A DNA stretch of 64,000 nt from a virus. Position numbers and translations under genes: made by a program. Where the stretch lies: positions 32,001-96,000 of the IMG/VR virus record IMGVR_UViG_3300028874_000010; one strand, written 5' to 3'. The first letter of the stretch is position 1; the number at the start of each line of letters is the position of its first letter. Under the pieces are notes generated by a model. The model was not told the origin of the DNA, did not search any database, and saw nothing but the letters and a program-made list of their open reading frames with translations. Shown piece by piece: positions 20,089 through 30,511 of the stretch.

Positions 20089-21612
20089 TTAGTTATTTTT
20101 GGTCCCGTTGGCAATGTATTCAGTATCCATTTCACCAATGATTGTACTGGGTGACTCGATGACTACATCAAATTCCCAGAGATTAGCAAGATGACCGATA
20201 GTCTCTTTAACCGAGTCATCATCAAGTGGCCTATTCAAATACGGAGTATGAACGATGGTTAGAGTTCGGTCACCAAGAATATCTACATTATCAACTTGAA
20301 GATCCGGAACCCAGTTTGCTCGGTTATAACTTTCAGAAAGTGAATTCCGGACTTTGATATAACCATCATCATTATGGATTGCAGAAATCTCGACAAAATT
20401 CTCTTCTTGAATATCCGTAATAGAAAAGAATTTAAAATCACGAATTACTTTTGGAGACAAAAACTGTGCTATGAATGAATCATCTTTATAATTCTCCATT
20501 GCATCTTTAACAACAGGAAGCCATGGTGTCCCAGCAAACTTTGGAAACCAATGACGGTCTTCTTCTGTAGGGTTTTCACAGATTCGTTTGATATCCATGA
20601 AGATAGCAAACCCGAGTGCATACGGATTAATTCCGCTGAACCAGCGCTTATCAAATTCTGGTTGATACACCACATTGGTATGTGATGCTAAAAATTCTAT
20701 ATATGACCCAGATGAAACAAGACCTTTTTCATATAGCCGTGTCATAATGAAGTAATGCGTGAATGTTGCAAATCCTTCATTTAAGACTTTGGTTGATCCT
20801 TGTGGATAAAAGTACTGAGAGACTTTACGAACAATGCGGATGATTTCACGTTTCCAAGATGGTAAATCTGGTGCATATTTTTCAATGAAGTACAAGATAT
20901 TATCTTCCCGATCTGCTGGGAATTTTTCATCTTTGGCGTTTTCTAACGTGTTATTTTTCGGGACTGTTTTATCCCAGATAGGATTGAAATCAATACGGGC
21001 TTGTTCAAGCCGTTCCATCGCCCGCTTTTCTTCATCACTTGCACTGATAGATGGAGGGCGCTTATATCGATCAATCCCATAATTCATTAATGCATGGCAA
21101 CTATCTAAAAAGGCTTCAACTTCAGCAACCCCATATTTTTCTTCACACTTTGCAATATAGTTCTTGGCAAACAACAAATAATCAATAATTGCTGAAGCAT
21201 CAGTAAATTGTTTGAACATGAAATTGTTCTTGAACACTGCTGAATGTCCAGCCGATGCGTGAGCCATGACCAAACATTGCATAGTCATGTTGTTTTCTTC
21301 CATGAGATATGCGATACATGGATCTGAATTAATCACGATTTCATACGCTAGACCCATTTGGCCATGTTGGTATGATTTATAATTCTTCAGGAATTCTTTT
21401 CCAAACGACCAATGCTTATACATGATTGGAAGACCAGTTGATGCATAGGCATCAATCATTTGCTCGGCTGAAATGACTTCCATTTGAGGCCGATAATAAT
21501 CAAGCTGAAGTTCTTCCTTAGCGATCTTTTCGATTTCAATCCAAGTCTTTTCAAGAAGATCAAAAGACCAATCTTGACCTGGCCCAAACAGCGGTTTATT
21601 TTTCTTAGCCAT
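20089..21612 (-). CDS. spoVR: SpoVR family protein (YcgB)
   Basis: Y.HWSFGK, GLAYEIVINS.PCIAYL, TKVLNEG.ATF.H and INPYALG motifs. Confidence 0.95.
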   Translation of the reverse strand: MAKKNKPLFGPGQDWSFDLLEKTWIEIEKIAKEELQLDYYRPQMEVISAEQMIDAYASTGLPIMYKHWSFGKEFLKNYKSYQHGQMGLAYEIVINSDPCIAYLMEENNMTMQCLVMAHASAGHSAVFKNNFMFKQFTDASAIIDYLLFAKNYIAKCEEKYGVAEVEAFLDSCHALMNYGIDRYKRPPSISASDEEKRAMERLEQARIDFNPIWDKTVPKNNTLENAKDEKFPADREDNILYFIEKYAPDLPSWKREIIRIVRKVSQYFYPQGSTKVLNEGFATFTHYFIMTRLYEKGLVSSGSYIEFLASHTNVVYQPEFDKRWFSGINPYALGFAIFMDIKRICENPTEEDRHWFPKFAGTPWLPVVKDAMENYKDDSFIAQFLSPKVIRDFKFFSITDIQEENFVEISAIHNDDGYIKVRNSLSESYNRANWVPDLQVDNVDILGDRTLTIVHTPYLNRPLDDDSVKETIGHLANLWEFDVVIESPSTIIGEMDTEYIANGTKNN

Positions 21613-21811
21613 TATTCTTTCCAATTAACGTGCAAATTTTATTGCACTATCTACTTCATCACCAAAGGCCACTTTATCACAATCCGGATAAAACCACGCG
21701 ATACACCCAGTAGGTAGTTCGATTTTGAATTCATCTATTTTATCAGCTATGAATTCATAACGAGCTAGAATTATTTCTAACTCTTCCTGAGTATATTTTG
21801 TGCTAAGCCTG

Positions 21812-23119
21812 TCATTTAGTTTTCTTTTCAAACAATTTTTTGAACACTGGATAGATCTCAGCATCTTCATAGACATTAGCCATTTGAAAATTCTCAAAAT
21901 CTTTCTTTACATTTTCATAGGTCGTCCAAATATCACTTTGATATCCTGGTGTTGTTCCAACTTGGATGTACCCAAAATATTGGACATAAGGCATAATATC
22001 ATCGCAGAGCAATTCATAGCACGTGCCATTGTCGGTGTCCCAATTATCACCGTCCGAACATTGGCAAATATACACGTTTGTTGAATTATCAGAATAATCA
22101 TCCTTGATAATCTTAGATGCCAAATCCAATGCAGACGAAACCATTGTCCCGCCACTATCTCGAGTATTAAAGAATGTATCTTCATCAACTTCAAAAGCTT
22201 CAGTGGTATGGTAAATAAACCTAAGTGAAACCTTTTCATACTTACGAACTAAAAACATATACAACAAAGCAAAGAATTTTCTAGACAATGTCTTTTCATG
22301 AGGGCCCATAGATCCAGAATTGTCCATAATGCAGATCATCACAGCATTTATTGCTGGGTGTTCAACTGCAACAGTTGAATGATACCTAAGATCCAATGGA
22401 TCAAGAAATGGAACATTTTCCATCTTCACTTTATACCCAGTAATCTTCTTCTGAAGTTCTACTTTACGATTCTGTAATTCTTGATCTTCTTCGGCAGATC
22501 TAACAACAGCTTGAATCAATATAGCTTCAATTTGATTCAATTCATCTTGCGCGGCCTTCAATCGTTTCTTATAAGGGGCACGCTGTGAGATCCTACGTGA
22601 ATGTGAATTTCGGAGTGATTTACTCCGATCCAATTTTGCTGGCGTCCCATTTGTAGTGTGTCCAGCATTATGATGTTTAATTTCAATAACTTCTTTTAGA
22701 CCTTCCTTAACAAGATCTGGAAGCTCCAAATCTTCAAAGAAATATTCCAGAAATTCATCACGTGTAATTTCTACTACAAAGTCATCTTCACCAGACCCAT
22801 CAGGCGAACCCTTCTTGCCAAAGCCACCTCCAGTCTTTGGCGGCTTTCTGAATTTATCACCGGCATTAAAATCTTGGTTACCAGGTCTAACGGCTTCATA
22901 TGTCCCGCCTTCACCATGCCTAAAATTTGGTTCGCTGATACTTTTTTGTGGGATATGGATTACTCCACCATCAGAATCAATATCTTCAATTTTACGAGAA
23001 TTGATAATATCCGGCAAAGATTTTTTAACAGATTCACGAATTCGTTTTAGAAACTTTTGACGGTTATCTAATGACTTTCCCTTACCGTTTGGGCGCCGAT
23101 CTACAATAGAGAAGCTCAT
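21812..23119 (-). CDS. yeaH: YeaH/YhbH (DUF444) vWA-like protein
   Basis: DRR.NGK.KS..NRQ.F, DLELP, DLRY, MD.SGSM, SGGT.VSS and SDGDNW motifs. Confidence 0.95.
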   Translation of the reverse strand: MSFSIVDRRPNGKGKSLDNRQKFLKRIRESVKKSLPDIINSRKIEDIDSDGGVIHIPQKSISEPNFRHGEGGTYEAVRPGNQDFNAGDKFRKPPKTGGGFGKKGSPDGSGEDDFVVEITRDEFLEYFFEDLELPDLVKEGLKEVIEIKHHNAGHTTNGTPAKLDRSKSLRNSHSRRISQRAPYKKRLKAAQDELNQIEAILIQAVVRSAEEDQELQNRKVELQKKITGYKVKMENVPFLDPLDLRYHSTVAVEHPAINAVMICIMDNSGSMGPHEKTLSRKFFALLYMFLVRKYEKVSLRFIYHTTEAFEVDEDTFFNTRDSGGTMVSSALDLASKIIKDDYSDNSTNVYICQCSDGDNWDTDNGTCYELLCDDIMPYVQYFGYIQVGTTPGYQSDIWTTYENVKKDFENFQMANVYEDAEIYPVFKKLFEKKTK

Positions 23120-23120
23120 A

Positions 23121-23345
23121 TTATTCTTTTCCTGAAGTAGGAGTTATTTTAATTCTACAAGCAAATAACTGATTGGTGACGTTAGCTGATGGCCCATTAT
23201 TTTCCAAGAGCACAGCTTGTTCACATGTCTGAGCATGAGCTATTGCATCATTTGCTTTGACATTGTAACTCCAAATGAAGAAACCAAGCCCAAGAATAAC
23301 ACTTGCAACCGCTATCCAAAATGCGCACCAAACATTATCTCTCAT
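23121..23345 (-). CDS. Small membrane protein inserted in the prkA-yeaH-spoVR operon
   Basis: N-terminal transmembrane segment. Confidence 0.55.
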   Translation of the reverse strand: MRDNVWCAFWIAVASVILGLGFFIWSYNVKANDAIAHAQTCEQAVLLENNGPSANVTNQLFACRIKITPTSGKE

Positions 23346-23452
23346 AATACTTTCTCATTATCAAATTATATGCGATCTCTAGAAATTAATCTAGAGGCCT
23401 CTTCTCTCTACTTATATTAAATTTTAGGAAAATCTTTATAACATATATCTAA

Positions 23453-23483
23453 GAAGGTTACTCCGTAATATGGAGTAACCTTC
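23453..23483. terminator. Hairpin downstream of prkA
   Basis: gaaggttactcc ... ggagtaaccttc. Confidence 0.6.
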
Positions 23484-23503
23484 CTCAAATTCTATTGCGA
23501 GAA

Positions 23504-25444
23504 TTACTGATTTTTACGGATACGTAGCCACCATTCAACAAGTAGACGGGTTTGGCGTTGCGTATAACCCTTATCGGCCATCCGCTTGACAAATGATTCA
23601 TGAGCTTCTTGATCCTTCTTTGATCCTTTAGAAGTGAAGCTGATCACTGGTAGAATTTCTTCTGTCCCAGCGAACATTTTCTTTTCAATAACTTGGCGCA
23701 TCTTTTCAAAGTCGTTCCAGGCAGGCATATTGCCTTTATGGCCGGCTTTATGGCGAAGCACAAAGTTAACAACTTCATTCCGGAAATCTTTCGGGTTCAC
23801 AATACCTGCAGGCTTTTCAACTTTTTCTAGCTCAGCATTCAATGTCGAGCGATCAAATTGTTCGCCAGTATCAGCATCACGGAAATCTTCATCGCGGATC
23901 CAGAAATCTGCATATTGGACATATCGATCAAAAATGGTTTGGCCATAATCGCTGTATGAATCCATAAAGGCAATCCGGATTTCCTTTTCAACGAACTCAG
24001 CATACTTGTCGCCAAGTTGGTGCTTAATCAAATTGATCAGGTGTTCTTCACGATCTGATGGAAATTGTTCCTTGACGATTTCATTTTCCAAGACATACAT
24101 CAAGTGAACCGGGTTAGCACCGATTTCTTCAGTATCAAAGTTAAATACCTTTGATAGGATCTTGAATGCAAATCGGGTCGAGATTCCGTCCATGCCTTCA
24201 TTGACACCAGCAACATCCTTATATTCTTGGAGCGGCTTAGCACGTGGATCAACATCTTTGATATTTTCGCCATCATAGACGCGCATCTTGGAATATAGAT
24301 TCGAATTGGCTGGTTCAACCAACCGGGACATGACTGCAAACTTGGCAAGCATTTCAAGAGTTTCTGGTGCAAATGGAGACTTGGCCAATTTACTTTTCGC
24401 CAACATCTTTTTATAGATGCCGACTTCTTCACTAGCACGTAGGCAATATGGAATCTTGACAATGTTAACACGATCCAAGAACGCTTCATTGTTCTTGTTG
24501 TTACGGAAGGTCTTCCATTCACTTTCATTGGAGTGAGCAAGAACAATGCCATCGAAAGGAATACTGGAAATAGAATCTGTTCCGTTGTAATTCTTTTCTT
24601 GAGTTGCTGTCAAGAGTGGATGAAGCATCTTGATTGGGGCTTTGAACATTTCGACAAAGTCCAAGATCCCTTGATTAGCATTACATAGACCACCGGAGAA
24701 GCTATATGAATACGGGTTATCTGCAGCGTATTCTTCTAACATCCGGATATCAGTTTTACCAACCAGTGTCGTAATGTCTTGGTTGTTTTCATCACCAGGT
24801 TCTACTTTAGCAATCGCAATATTATTCAGAATGGAAGGATATTGCTTGATTACAGTCAATGACGAATGATCACCTTTCAGGTCTTCAAGCTTTTGCGCCA
24901 GCCAAGGAGACATTTTGACTCGAAATGCACTTGCCGGAATATCATATTCTTCTTCAAGGGCAGCACTGTGAAGATCGACATCAAAGATGGAAAGAGGATT
25001 ATCATGAATTGGAGAACCTTTGATGAAATAGATTGGTTCCTTTTCCATCAGTTCTTTCAACTTTTCGGCGATCGACGATTTACCACCACCGACGGGTCCG
25101 AGTAGATAAAGAATTTGTTTACTTTCTTCAAGGCCTTGAGCACTATGCCGGAAGTAAGAAACAATTGATTCGATTGCATCTTCCATGCCAAAGAAATCTT
25201 TGAAGGCTGGATAGATTTTGATGATGCGATTTGAAAAAATGCGGCTGAGGCGAGCATCAGTTTTTGTATCAACGAATTCCGGTTCGCCGATTGCCTTGAG
25301 CATACGCTCGGCTGGCGAAGCATAAACCGAAGGATCACTTTTGCAAAGATTCAAATATTCTTGAATCGACATTTCTTCCTGGGTGTTACGCTTAGCGTAA
25401 TCATTGGAAAATCTCGCCAGTACGCCCGAGTGTGCTTTGGACAT
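23504..25444 (-). CDS. prkA: PrkA/YeaG AAA+ serine protein kinase
   Basis: GPVGGGKS, EPGDENNQD, FVEMFKAPIK.LHPLLTATQE and KVEKPAGI.NPKDFRNE motifs. Confidence 0.97.
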   Translation of the reverse strand: MSKAHSGVLARFSNDYAKRNTQEEMSIQEYLNLCKSDPSVYASPAERMLKAIGEPEFVDTKTDARLSRIFSNRIIKIYPAFKDFFGMEDAIESIVSYFRHSAQGLEESKQILYLLGPVGGGKSSIAEKLKELMEKEPIYFIKGSPIHDNPLSIFDVDLHSAALEEEYDIPASAFRVKMSPWLAQKLEDLKGDHSSLTVIKQYPSILNNIAIAKVEPGDENNQDITTLVGKTDIRMLEEYAADNPYSYSFSGGLCNANQGILDFVEMFKAPIKMLHPLLTATQEKNYNGTDSISSIPFDGIVLAHSNESEWKTFRNNKNNEAFLDRVNIVKIPYCLRASEEVGIYKKMLAKSKLAKSPFAPETLEMLAKFAVMSRLVEPANSNLYSKMRVYDGENIKDVDPRAKPLQEYKDVAGVNEGMDGISTRFAFKILSKVFNFDTEEIGANPVHLMYVLENEIVKEQFPSDREEHLINLIKHQLGDKYAEFVEKEIRIAFMDSYSDYGQTIFDRYVQYADFWIRDEDFRDADTGEQFDRSTLNAELEKVEKPAGIVNPKDFRNEVVNFVLRHKAGHKGNMPAWNDFEKMRQVIEKKMFAGTEEILPVISFTSKGSKKDQEAHESFVKRMADKGYTQRQTRLLVEWWLRIRKNQ

Positions 25445-25591
25445 TAACAACTCCTATTATTTTCAAAGTTTTGATTGAGAGAAACTACTGGTGAATCTAC
25501 TACTATTATTTTGTGGTTCAGCATAAATACGATTTTTACACACAAGTTTTTTATTGTAAATCAAATTAGACTTGTTATTATGCTTTGCAGC

Positions 25592-26239
25592 TTATTGCAT
25601 ATAATCAAACTTCGATTTTTCTGTATTAAACATTTCCAAAAATCTTTCATACACTATCGAAGAATTCAATGGCATCTCAAATTCTTGTAATTTCAATATT
25701 GAAACTTCTGGCGAATTAGACCAATTTTGTCCTCGCGAGACCATAAAATTATAAGCCTCTATTCTCTGTGCTAATACATCCGCAGCCTTAACAATTTGTT
25801 CTTCTATGTCATTAAGAGGAAGAAGTCCCAATGCTTCTAATATTGCATCTTGAATTTTCTTTTCTATTGTCTTAATGATAGGCCTGAACTCAGGAATCTT
25901 CTTTAGAGGCCCTGAAACATCCCCAGTGTACGCCTCACTGGCATCGTGAGTTAACCCTATTAGTTTCCATCTCGCGACTTCAGGCGGCGTTAGAACGTAT
26001 CCTTGAAACTGGTCTTGGTAATATTTGGCGGCTAGGTTAGCCGATTCATTGGCAACAACAATTGAATGTTGTGCTACGCTATATGGGATGGTGTTGATTG
26101 TATGGCCATTGAATCTAGCTAGGCGGGATAATGACCAAGCGATATCAATAAGGCAAATGTCGCTTGGGTTTGGATCAACCAGGTTGATAAACCGACCTGT
26201 GATGGTTTCTAGTGTTGTTTGGTTATTTGGGCTTGCCAT
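25592..26239 (-). CDS. HD-domain phosphohydrolase (YfdR/YfbR-like deoxynucleotidase)
   Basis: DIA.SLS...RFNGH, YSVAQHS and HDASEAY.GD motifs. Confidence 0.85.
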   Translation of the reverse strand: MASPNNQTTLETITGRFINLVDPNPSDICLIDIAWSLSRLARFNGHTINTIPYSVAQHSIVVANESANLAAKYYQDQFQGYVLTPPEVARWKLIGLTHDASEAYTGDVSGPLKKIPEFRPIIKTIEKKIQDAILEALGLLPLNDIEEQIVKAADVLAQRIEAYNFMVSRGQNWSNSPEVSILKLQEFEMPLNSSIVYERFLEMFNTEKSKFDYMQ

Positions 26240-26648
26240 TTTCTAGAGGAATTGGTGTTGTTGTGGTTTTACGTTTAACTAGGTGGCCATGAACTGTTGC
26301 ACCTGGTTCGATCTTGAGAATATCATATGTGATAGTACAGCCTTCACTGAGTTCAGCATTACCAGAAATACAAACCGATTTAGCTGAAATGTTTCCATTC
26401 ACTGTCCCACTGATTATCACGTTATCAGCTTCGATGTTGCCGGTCACACCACCCGGAAATTCAATGTCGACTGTAGTCGGTGAATTTTTATCGATATCTT
26501 TACCGGTAATATCACCAATAACGGATCCAGAAATTTTCAATGAACCAGAAAAATCGATTGGGCCAAATACACTGGTCTTAGTTGCAATCAACGAATCGAA
26601 ATGGTTGATTGTAGAAACCAATTTAACTTTCTTGTCAAAAATGCCCAT
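26223..26648 (-). CDS. Bactofilin (polymer-forming cytoskeletal protein)
   Basis: Beta-helix repeats G.I.FSGSL.I.G.V.G.I ... V.GNI.A..V.I.G.V.GNI.A ... IEPGA.V.G. Confidence 0.85.
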   Translation of the reverse strand: MGIFDKKVKLVSTINHFDSLIATKTSVFGPIDFSGSLKISGSVIGDITGKDIDKNSPTTVDIEFPGGVTGNIEADNVIISGTVNGNISAKSVCISGNAELSEGCTITYDILKIEPGATVHGHLVKRKTTTTPIPLENGKPK

Positions 26649-26807
26649 GATGAAATCCTGAATGATTTGAGTGGATAAATAAACAGATTGAATCATACCA
26701 AACAAACCGATTTTTGTAAACAAACATTGTGGTATAATTTACTCCATGCGTGAAGTAGCAGAATCGCACTCACTCAAAAATAAAAATAATAAAGAAGAGG
26801 AAATAAA

Positions 26808-27392
26808 ATGGAACGCCCATTTTCAAAAGTATTAGCACTAGATCCGGGCGGAACTCCAAAAGACTGGATCTCATACAGACAAGCAATTCTTTATGCTGTC
26901 ACTGATTCAATTTCTTGGGTACCCCCAACAGCACAAAAAGTCACGGTTTATGGTGGAACAAATTCCAAAACCGGAGAACTCTCATCAGTTGAAATCGCCT
27001 CAATGGTTGCGATCCATGGTCCTATGGCGGCCAAAATTGCTAATGGAGGGTATCGAACACCACGAGTCTCCAATAAAGCATTGTTTGCTAGAGACTTTCA
27101 TAGATGTGCATATTGTGGAGAATATTTTGATATCGAATATTTAACCAAAGATCATATTCTTCCTAAGAAATTGAAAGGTAAAAACACTTGGCTAAATTTA
27201 ATCACCTCGTGTAAACCATGTAACGGAAGGAAAGCTGATAGAACACCAGAAAAAGCAGGGATGAAACTAAAGTATCAACCCTATGTTCCATCAAGGATCG
27301 AATATCTTTGTTTTGCTAATAGAAAAATTTCAGATGACCAACTAGATTATATAGAAGCATTCACTACAAAAAGTGCTAAACGGAAAGCTTAA
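26808..27392 (+). CDS. HNH endonuclease; the only convincing plus-strand gene
   Basis: RD.HRCAYCG, TKDHILP and W.NL.TSCKPCN.RK.DRTP motifs; TGTGGTATAAT at 26728-26738 and GAGG RBS. Confidence 0.9.
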   Translation: MERPFSKVLALDPGGTPKDWISYRQAILYAVTDSISWVPPTAQKVTVYGGTNSKTGELSSVEIASMVAIHGPMAAKIANGGYRTPRVSNKALFARDFHRCAYCGEYFDIEYLTKDHILPKKLKGKNTWLNLITSCKPCNGRKADRTPEKAGMKLKYQPYVPSRIEYLCFANRKISDDQLDYIEAFTTKSAKRKA

Positions 27393-27393
27393 T

Positions 27394-27428
27394 AAAAAAA
27401 AGGAGACTCATTGCGAGTCTCCTTTTTT
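27394..27428. terminator. Bidirectional terminator between convergent HNH and cca
   Basis: aaaaaaaggagactc-attgc-gagtctcctttttt. Confidence 0.85.
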
Positions 27429-28527
27429 ATAGTGCATTAATTCTGGCATTAAAGATTAAATCTTTAATTTTTGTTTTATCTTCTGTTGATAACGCAATCT
27501 CGGCAACATCGACATTCAAAATCTTATCAATATCACTATAAATTAATTCATGCGGCATCAGCCCAACTCCTTTAACATGTTCGCCGATATATCGACAAGC
27601 AGTTAGAACAACTTTGAATCTTTCAGGTCTCCTGAATAAATCAACTCTATTAAACAATTGGACCCGTTCTCTCTTACTTAATATTTGATATTTAGCAAGA
27701 GCCCCGCATTCGTTATTTACCAATGTAGAGACTTGTTCACAATCAACTGAGATAGTCCAACGTTTGTAATCTTCTTTATTTTTAAATCCATTTGCTATGA
27801 TAGCAAATCGAACTTCAAGCGGAGCATTATTCTGAGCTGCTTCATTTAATGAGTGTAGCCCACTGTCACGAAGCCACTGACCTGTTGTACGAGTTCCGCC
27901 CCCAAACCATTCATTTAAATGATGATTAGCGCCAACATACGACAGTATTACAAACATCGCTGAAGGTCTTGCTTCCATCAGACCTTTCTTAAATTCCATC
28001 CAAACTCGTTCCGGGGTTAATGACTTGAATTCGCCAGAATCTACTATTTGACGCATAAGTTCTATAGTATCTTCGTGGATAGTGAACTCGGTATATCTTG
28101 CAGCAAATCTGGCGATTCTGAGAACCCGAACCGGATCTTCAGCAAAGGCTTCTGATGTGTGTCGAAGAATTTTATTCTTTAAATCTTCTTGGCCACCATA
28201 CGGGTCAATGACGTTATTGTTTTCATCCATCGCCATCGAGTTGATTGTTAAGTCGCGCCGAAAAAGATCTTGCGCTAATGTAACAGTCGGATCAAAGTCA
28301 ACTTTAAACCCGTTGTACCCAGGAGAAACCTTACGTTCATTTCTGGCTAATGCATATTCTTCACCAGTGATTGGATGGAGGAAGACCGGAAAGTCTGCAC
28401 CAACTTGCTGGAAATTAAGTTCCAACATGGCTTCAGTTGTGGCGCCAGTTACCACATAATCTCGATCTCTGGATTCTATTCCGAGCAGCCGATCCCTAAC
28501 TGCGCCACCAACTAAATATGTTTTCAT
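27427..28527 (-). CDS. cca: tRNA nucleotidyltransferase (CCA-adding enzyme, short form without HD domain)
   Basis: [45 protein letters not shown] and ERVW.E motifs. Confidence 0.95.
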   Translation of the reverse strand: MKTYLVGGAVRDRLLGIESRDRDYVVTGATTEAMLELNFQQVGADFPVFLHPITGEEYALARNERKVSPGYNGFKVDFDPTVTLAQDLFRRDLTINSMAMDENNNVIDPYGGQEDLKNKILRHTSEAFAEDPVRVLRIARFAARYTEFTIHEDTIELMRQIVDSGEFKSLTPERVWMEFKKGLMEARPSAMFVILSYVGANHHLNEWFGGGTRTTGQWLRDSGLHSLNEAAQNNAPLEVRFAIIANGFKNKEDYKRWTISVDCEQVSTLVNNECGALAKYQILSKRERVQLFNRVDLFRRPERFKVVLTACRYIGEHVKGVGLMPHELIYSDIDKILNVDVAEIALSTEDKTKIKDLIFNARINAL

Positions 28528-28537
28528 TATATCCCCT

Positions 28538-28720
28538 TTAATTTATTAATTCTTTAAATCCTGTAATTGGACCCCAAATACCGACCATTCGGTGATTAAA
28601 GCTAATGGCAGTTTCAAACCCTTTATCTTTTGAATATTGGATGGCTAGATCAATGGTATCGAATTCTTGATCGGCCCAATACCGCATGTTAGTATAATAC
28701 ACTCGGTATTTGTTAGACAT
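28538..28720 (-). CDS. Small hypothetical early protein
   Basis: AGGA RBS with TATAAT upstream. Confidence 0.55.
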   Translation of the reverse strand: MSNKYRVYYTNMRYWADQEFDTIDLAIQYSKDKGFETAISFNHRMVGIWGPITGFKELIN

Positions 28721-28790
28721 GATTTTATCCTAGTTCGTTGCCATTGACCCTATTATACTATAACTTTTTAGAAATATGAAATACTATATT

Positions 28791-29282
28791 TCAAGAATAA
28801 TAAAGAACTTGGCCACGCACCATCTCAATTTGATCGCCATCTGGCAAGATCAAAAGCAAAGAATTTTTTCGGATGATTGGTTTGATCTGTGTTGGAATAA
28901 ACTTTGATGTACAAACATGGCTATTCCATTCAACACATGGATAGAATAAAGTTTGGATTCCGCGAGGGAGAGTATGACTGTCGATGATAGTATCGATAGA
29001 AATTTCTTTAACTTGACTGGCTAAAAGCTGGAAAGCTTTTTCTGATTCTGGATCAACCAAGTTAAAGAATTTACCTTTGTCTCGGATGAAACAAAAAGCT
29101 TGATACGCAGCAAGAATGCTGGTCTTAGTAATGCGGAAGGTGTGGGTCATGATATTAGTCAATGCTAATTCAATTGGGCCTTCATAGAGTGTAAACCCTT
29201 GGCCAGGTTCTCCGATCTCCATATTCTTTACTTCGCAATGGAGATGTCCACCGATTTCCTTTACGCATGACAATTCTAGCAT
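28791..29282 (-). CDS. Hypothetical protein
   Basis: AAGGTG RBS. Confidence 0.6.
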   Translation of the reverse strand: MLELSCVKEIGGHLHCEVKNMEIGEPGQGFTLYEGPIELALTNIMTHTFRITKTSILAAYQAFCFIRDKGKFFNLVDPESEKAFQLLASQVKEISIDTIIDSHTLPRGIQTLFYPCVEWNSHVCTSKFIPTQIKPIIRKNSLLLILPDGDQIEMVRGQVLYYS

Positions 29283-29361
29283 ATGGCACCTTTCAAGTTG
29301 TTACAACGTTGAAAATCCCATCTGCACTTATCCTATCTCAAAAATGGCAATAAAGAAACAA

Positions 29362-30219
29362 TTATTTTGTGGTCTTTATTAATGAAACCAATTCAGCCAT
29401 TACTTGTTTAAATTCTGGACCAACAAACTGTGGTGCTGCATTAATCTCCATAACATACCACTTACCAGTTTTGCTGTGCTGGATCAAATCAACACCAGTA
29501 ATCCCAAACCCCATAGCCTTACAAGCTTTGTTAGCTAATGATTCAGCCTCTTTAGATAGGTCAATAAATTCTTGAGATCCACCGAGCGAAACATTATTTC
29601 TAAATTCGCTCTTACTTGCAGTAATACGTTTAATTGAATAGATCAATTTATCTTTTAAGTAAAAAGTTCTGAAGTCACCATCATTAGGAATAAATTCCTG
29701 AAAGATAAAAGATTCATCTTTATTCTTGTTTAAGAAAGCAGATAAACTATCTTTGGTATCATGTTTGACGATCCCTTTACCTTGAGACCCATTTACAATC
29801 TTTGAAACAATCGGAAGATTCAAAGCTTTAATAAGTTCGGAACAAGAAACTTTTCCTGCATGACCAATGATTGTTTTTATTTGTGAGACCCCTTCCATTT
29901 TCATGATAACACTCTGAACTAATTTATTTTCTAGTTCATGAGGAGTTCCATATGAAAGAAATCCAATCTTGTATTTGTTAATGTATTTTATGACGCATGA
30001 ATACATATCAGTATTATCATGAATTGCACCTGCCATGATAAATTTGAATTTGGATATAGGAATATTTTTAGCAAAGACTTCACCATCTTCAATAACTAAC
30101 TCATTCCATGAAACAAAATATGGCCTATCAAGTTCTTTTTCTAGGAAAGCTTGTTTGCCTTCAGCTGCAAATCCTATGAATAGATATTTGAGACTGATTT
30201 CTTCTAAGAACATTGACAT
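29362..30219 (-). CDS. RimK-family ATP-grasp ligase
   Basis: PIVSK...GSQGKG, FQEFIP..GDFR, FRNNVSLGG, GVDLI and EINAAP motifs; start moved downstream of the tRNA. Confidence 0.85.
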   Translation of the reverse strand: MSMFLEEISLKYLFIGFAAEGKQAFLEKELDRPYFVSWNELVIEDGEVFAKNIPISKFKFIMAGAIHDNTDMYSCVIKYINKYKIGFLSYGTPHELENKLVQSVIMKMEGVSQIKTIIGHAGKVSCSELIKALNLPIVSKIVNGSQGKGIVKHDTKDSLSAFLNKNKDESFIFQEFIPNDGDFRTFYLKDKLIYSIKRITASKSEFRNNVSLGGSQEFIDLSKEAESLANKACKAMGFGITGVDLIQHSKTGKWYVMEINAAPQFVGPEFKQVMAELVSLIKTTK

Positions 30220-30237
30220 TGTATTTTCTTTTAGATT

Positions 30238-30332
30238 TGGAGGAAGAAACGGGATTCGAACCCGTGGACCTAGGGTTTGCCTAGATCTATAGCTTTCCAA
30301 GCTATCGCAATCGGCCGCTCTGCCACTCTTCC
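30238..30332 (-). tRNA. tRNA-Ser(GGA)
   Basis: Cloverleaf, loop TTGGAAA, long variable arm, GTTCGAATC, encoded CCA. Confidence 0.92.
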
Positions 30333-30511
30333 ATTTGTTATTTATTAATCTAAAAACCTTTTATAAAATGATTCGAATAATTTATCAAGGTCGAGTTCAA
30401 CTCTTTGATATTCATCAGGTTTACCTTTCAAGGATTTCCGTCTAACCCGAATTGCTTCATATTCAACTAGCATCTTTTTATAGAATGTTTCATCGAAGAA
30501 ATCTCTATTCT

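Noticed and set aside
26808-27392. Intron-encoded or homing endonuclease mobile element
   Set aside because: Free-standing with its own promoter and terminator, neighbours are intact, and there is no intron structure or target duplication.
30220-30300. N-terminal extension of the RimK-like ORF (MESYRSRQ...)
   Set aside because: It overlaps tRNA-Ser(GGA); the real start is at 30219 or 30213.
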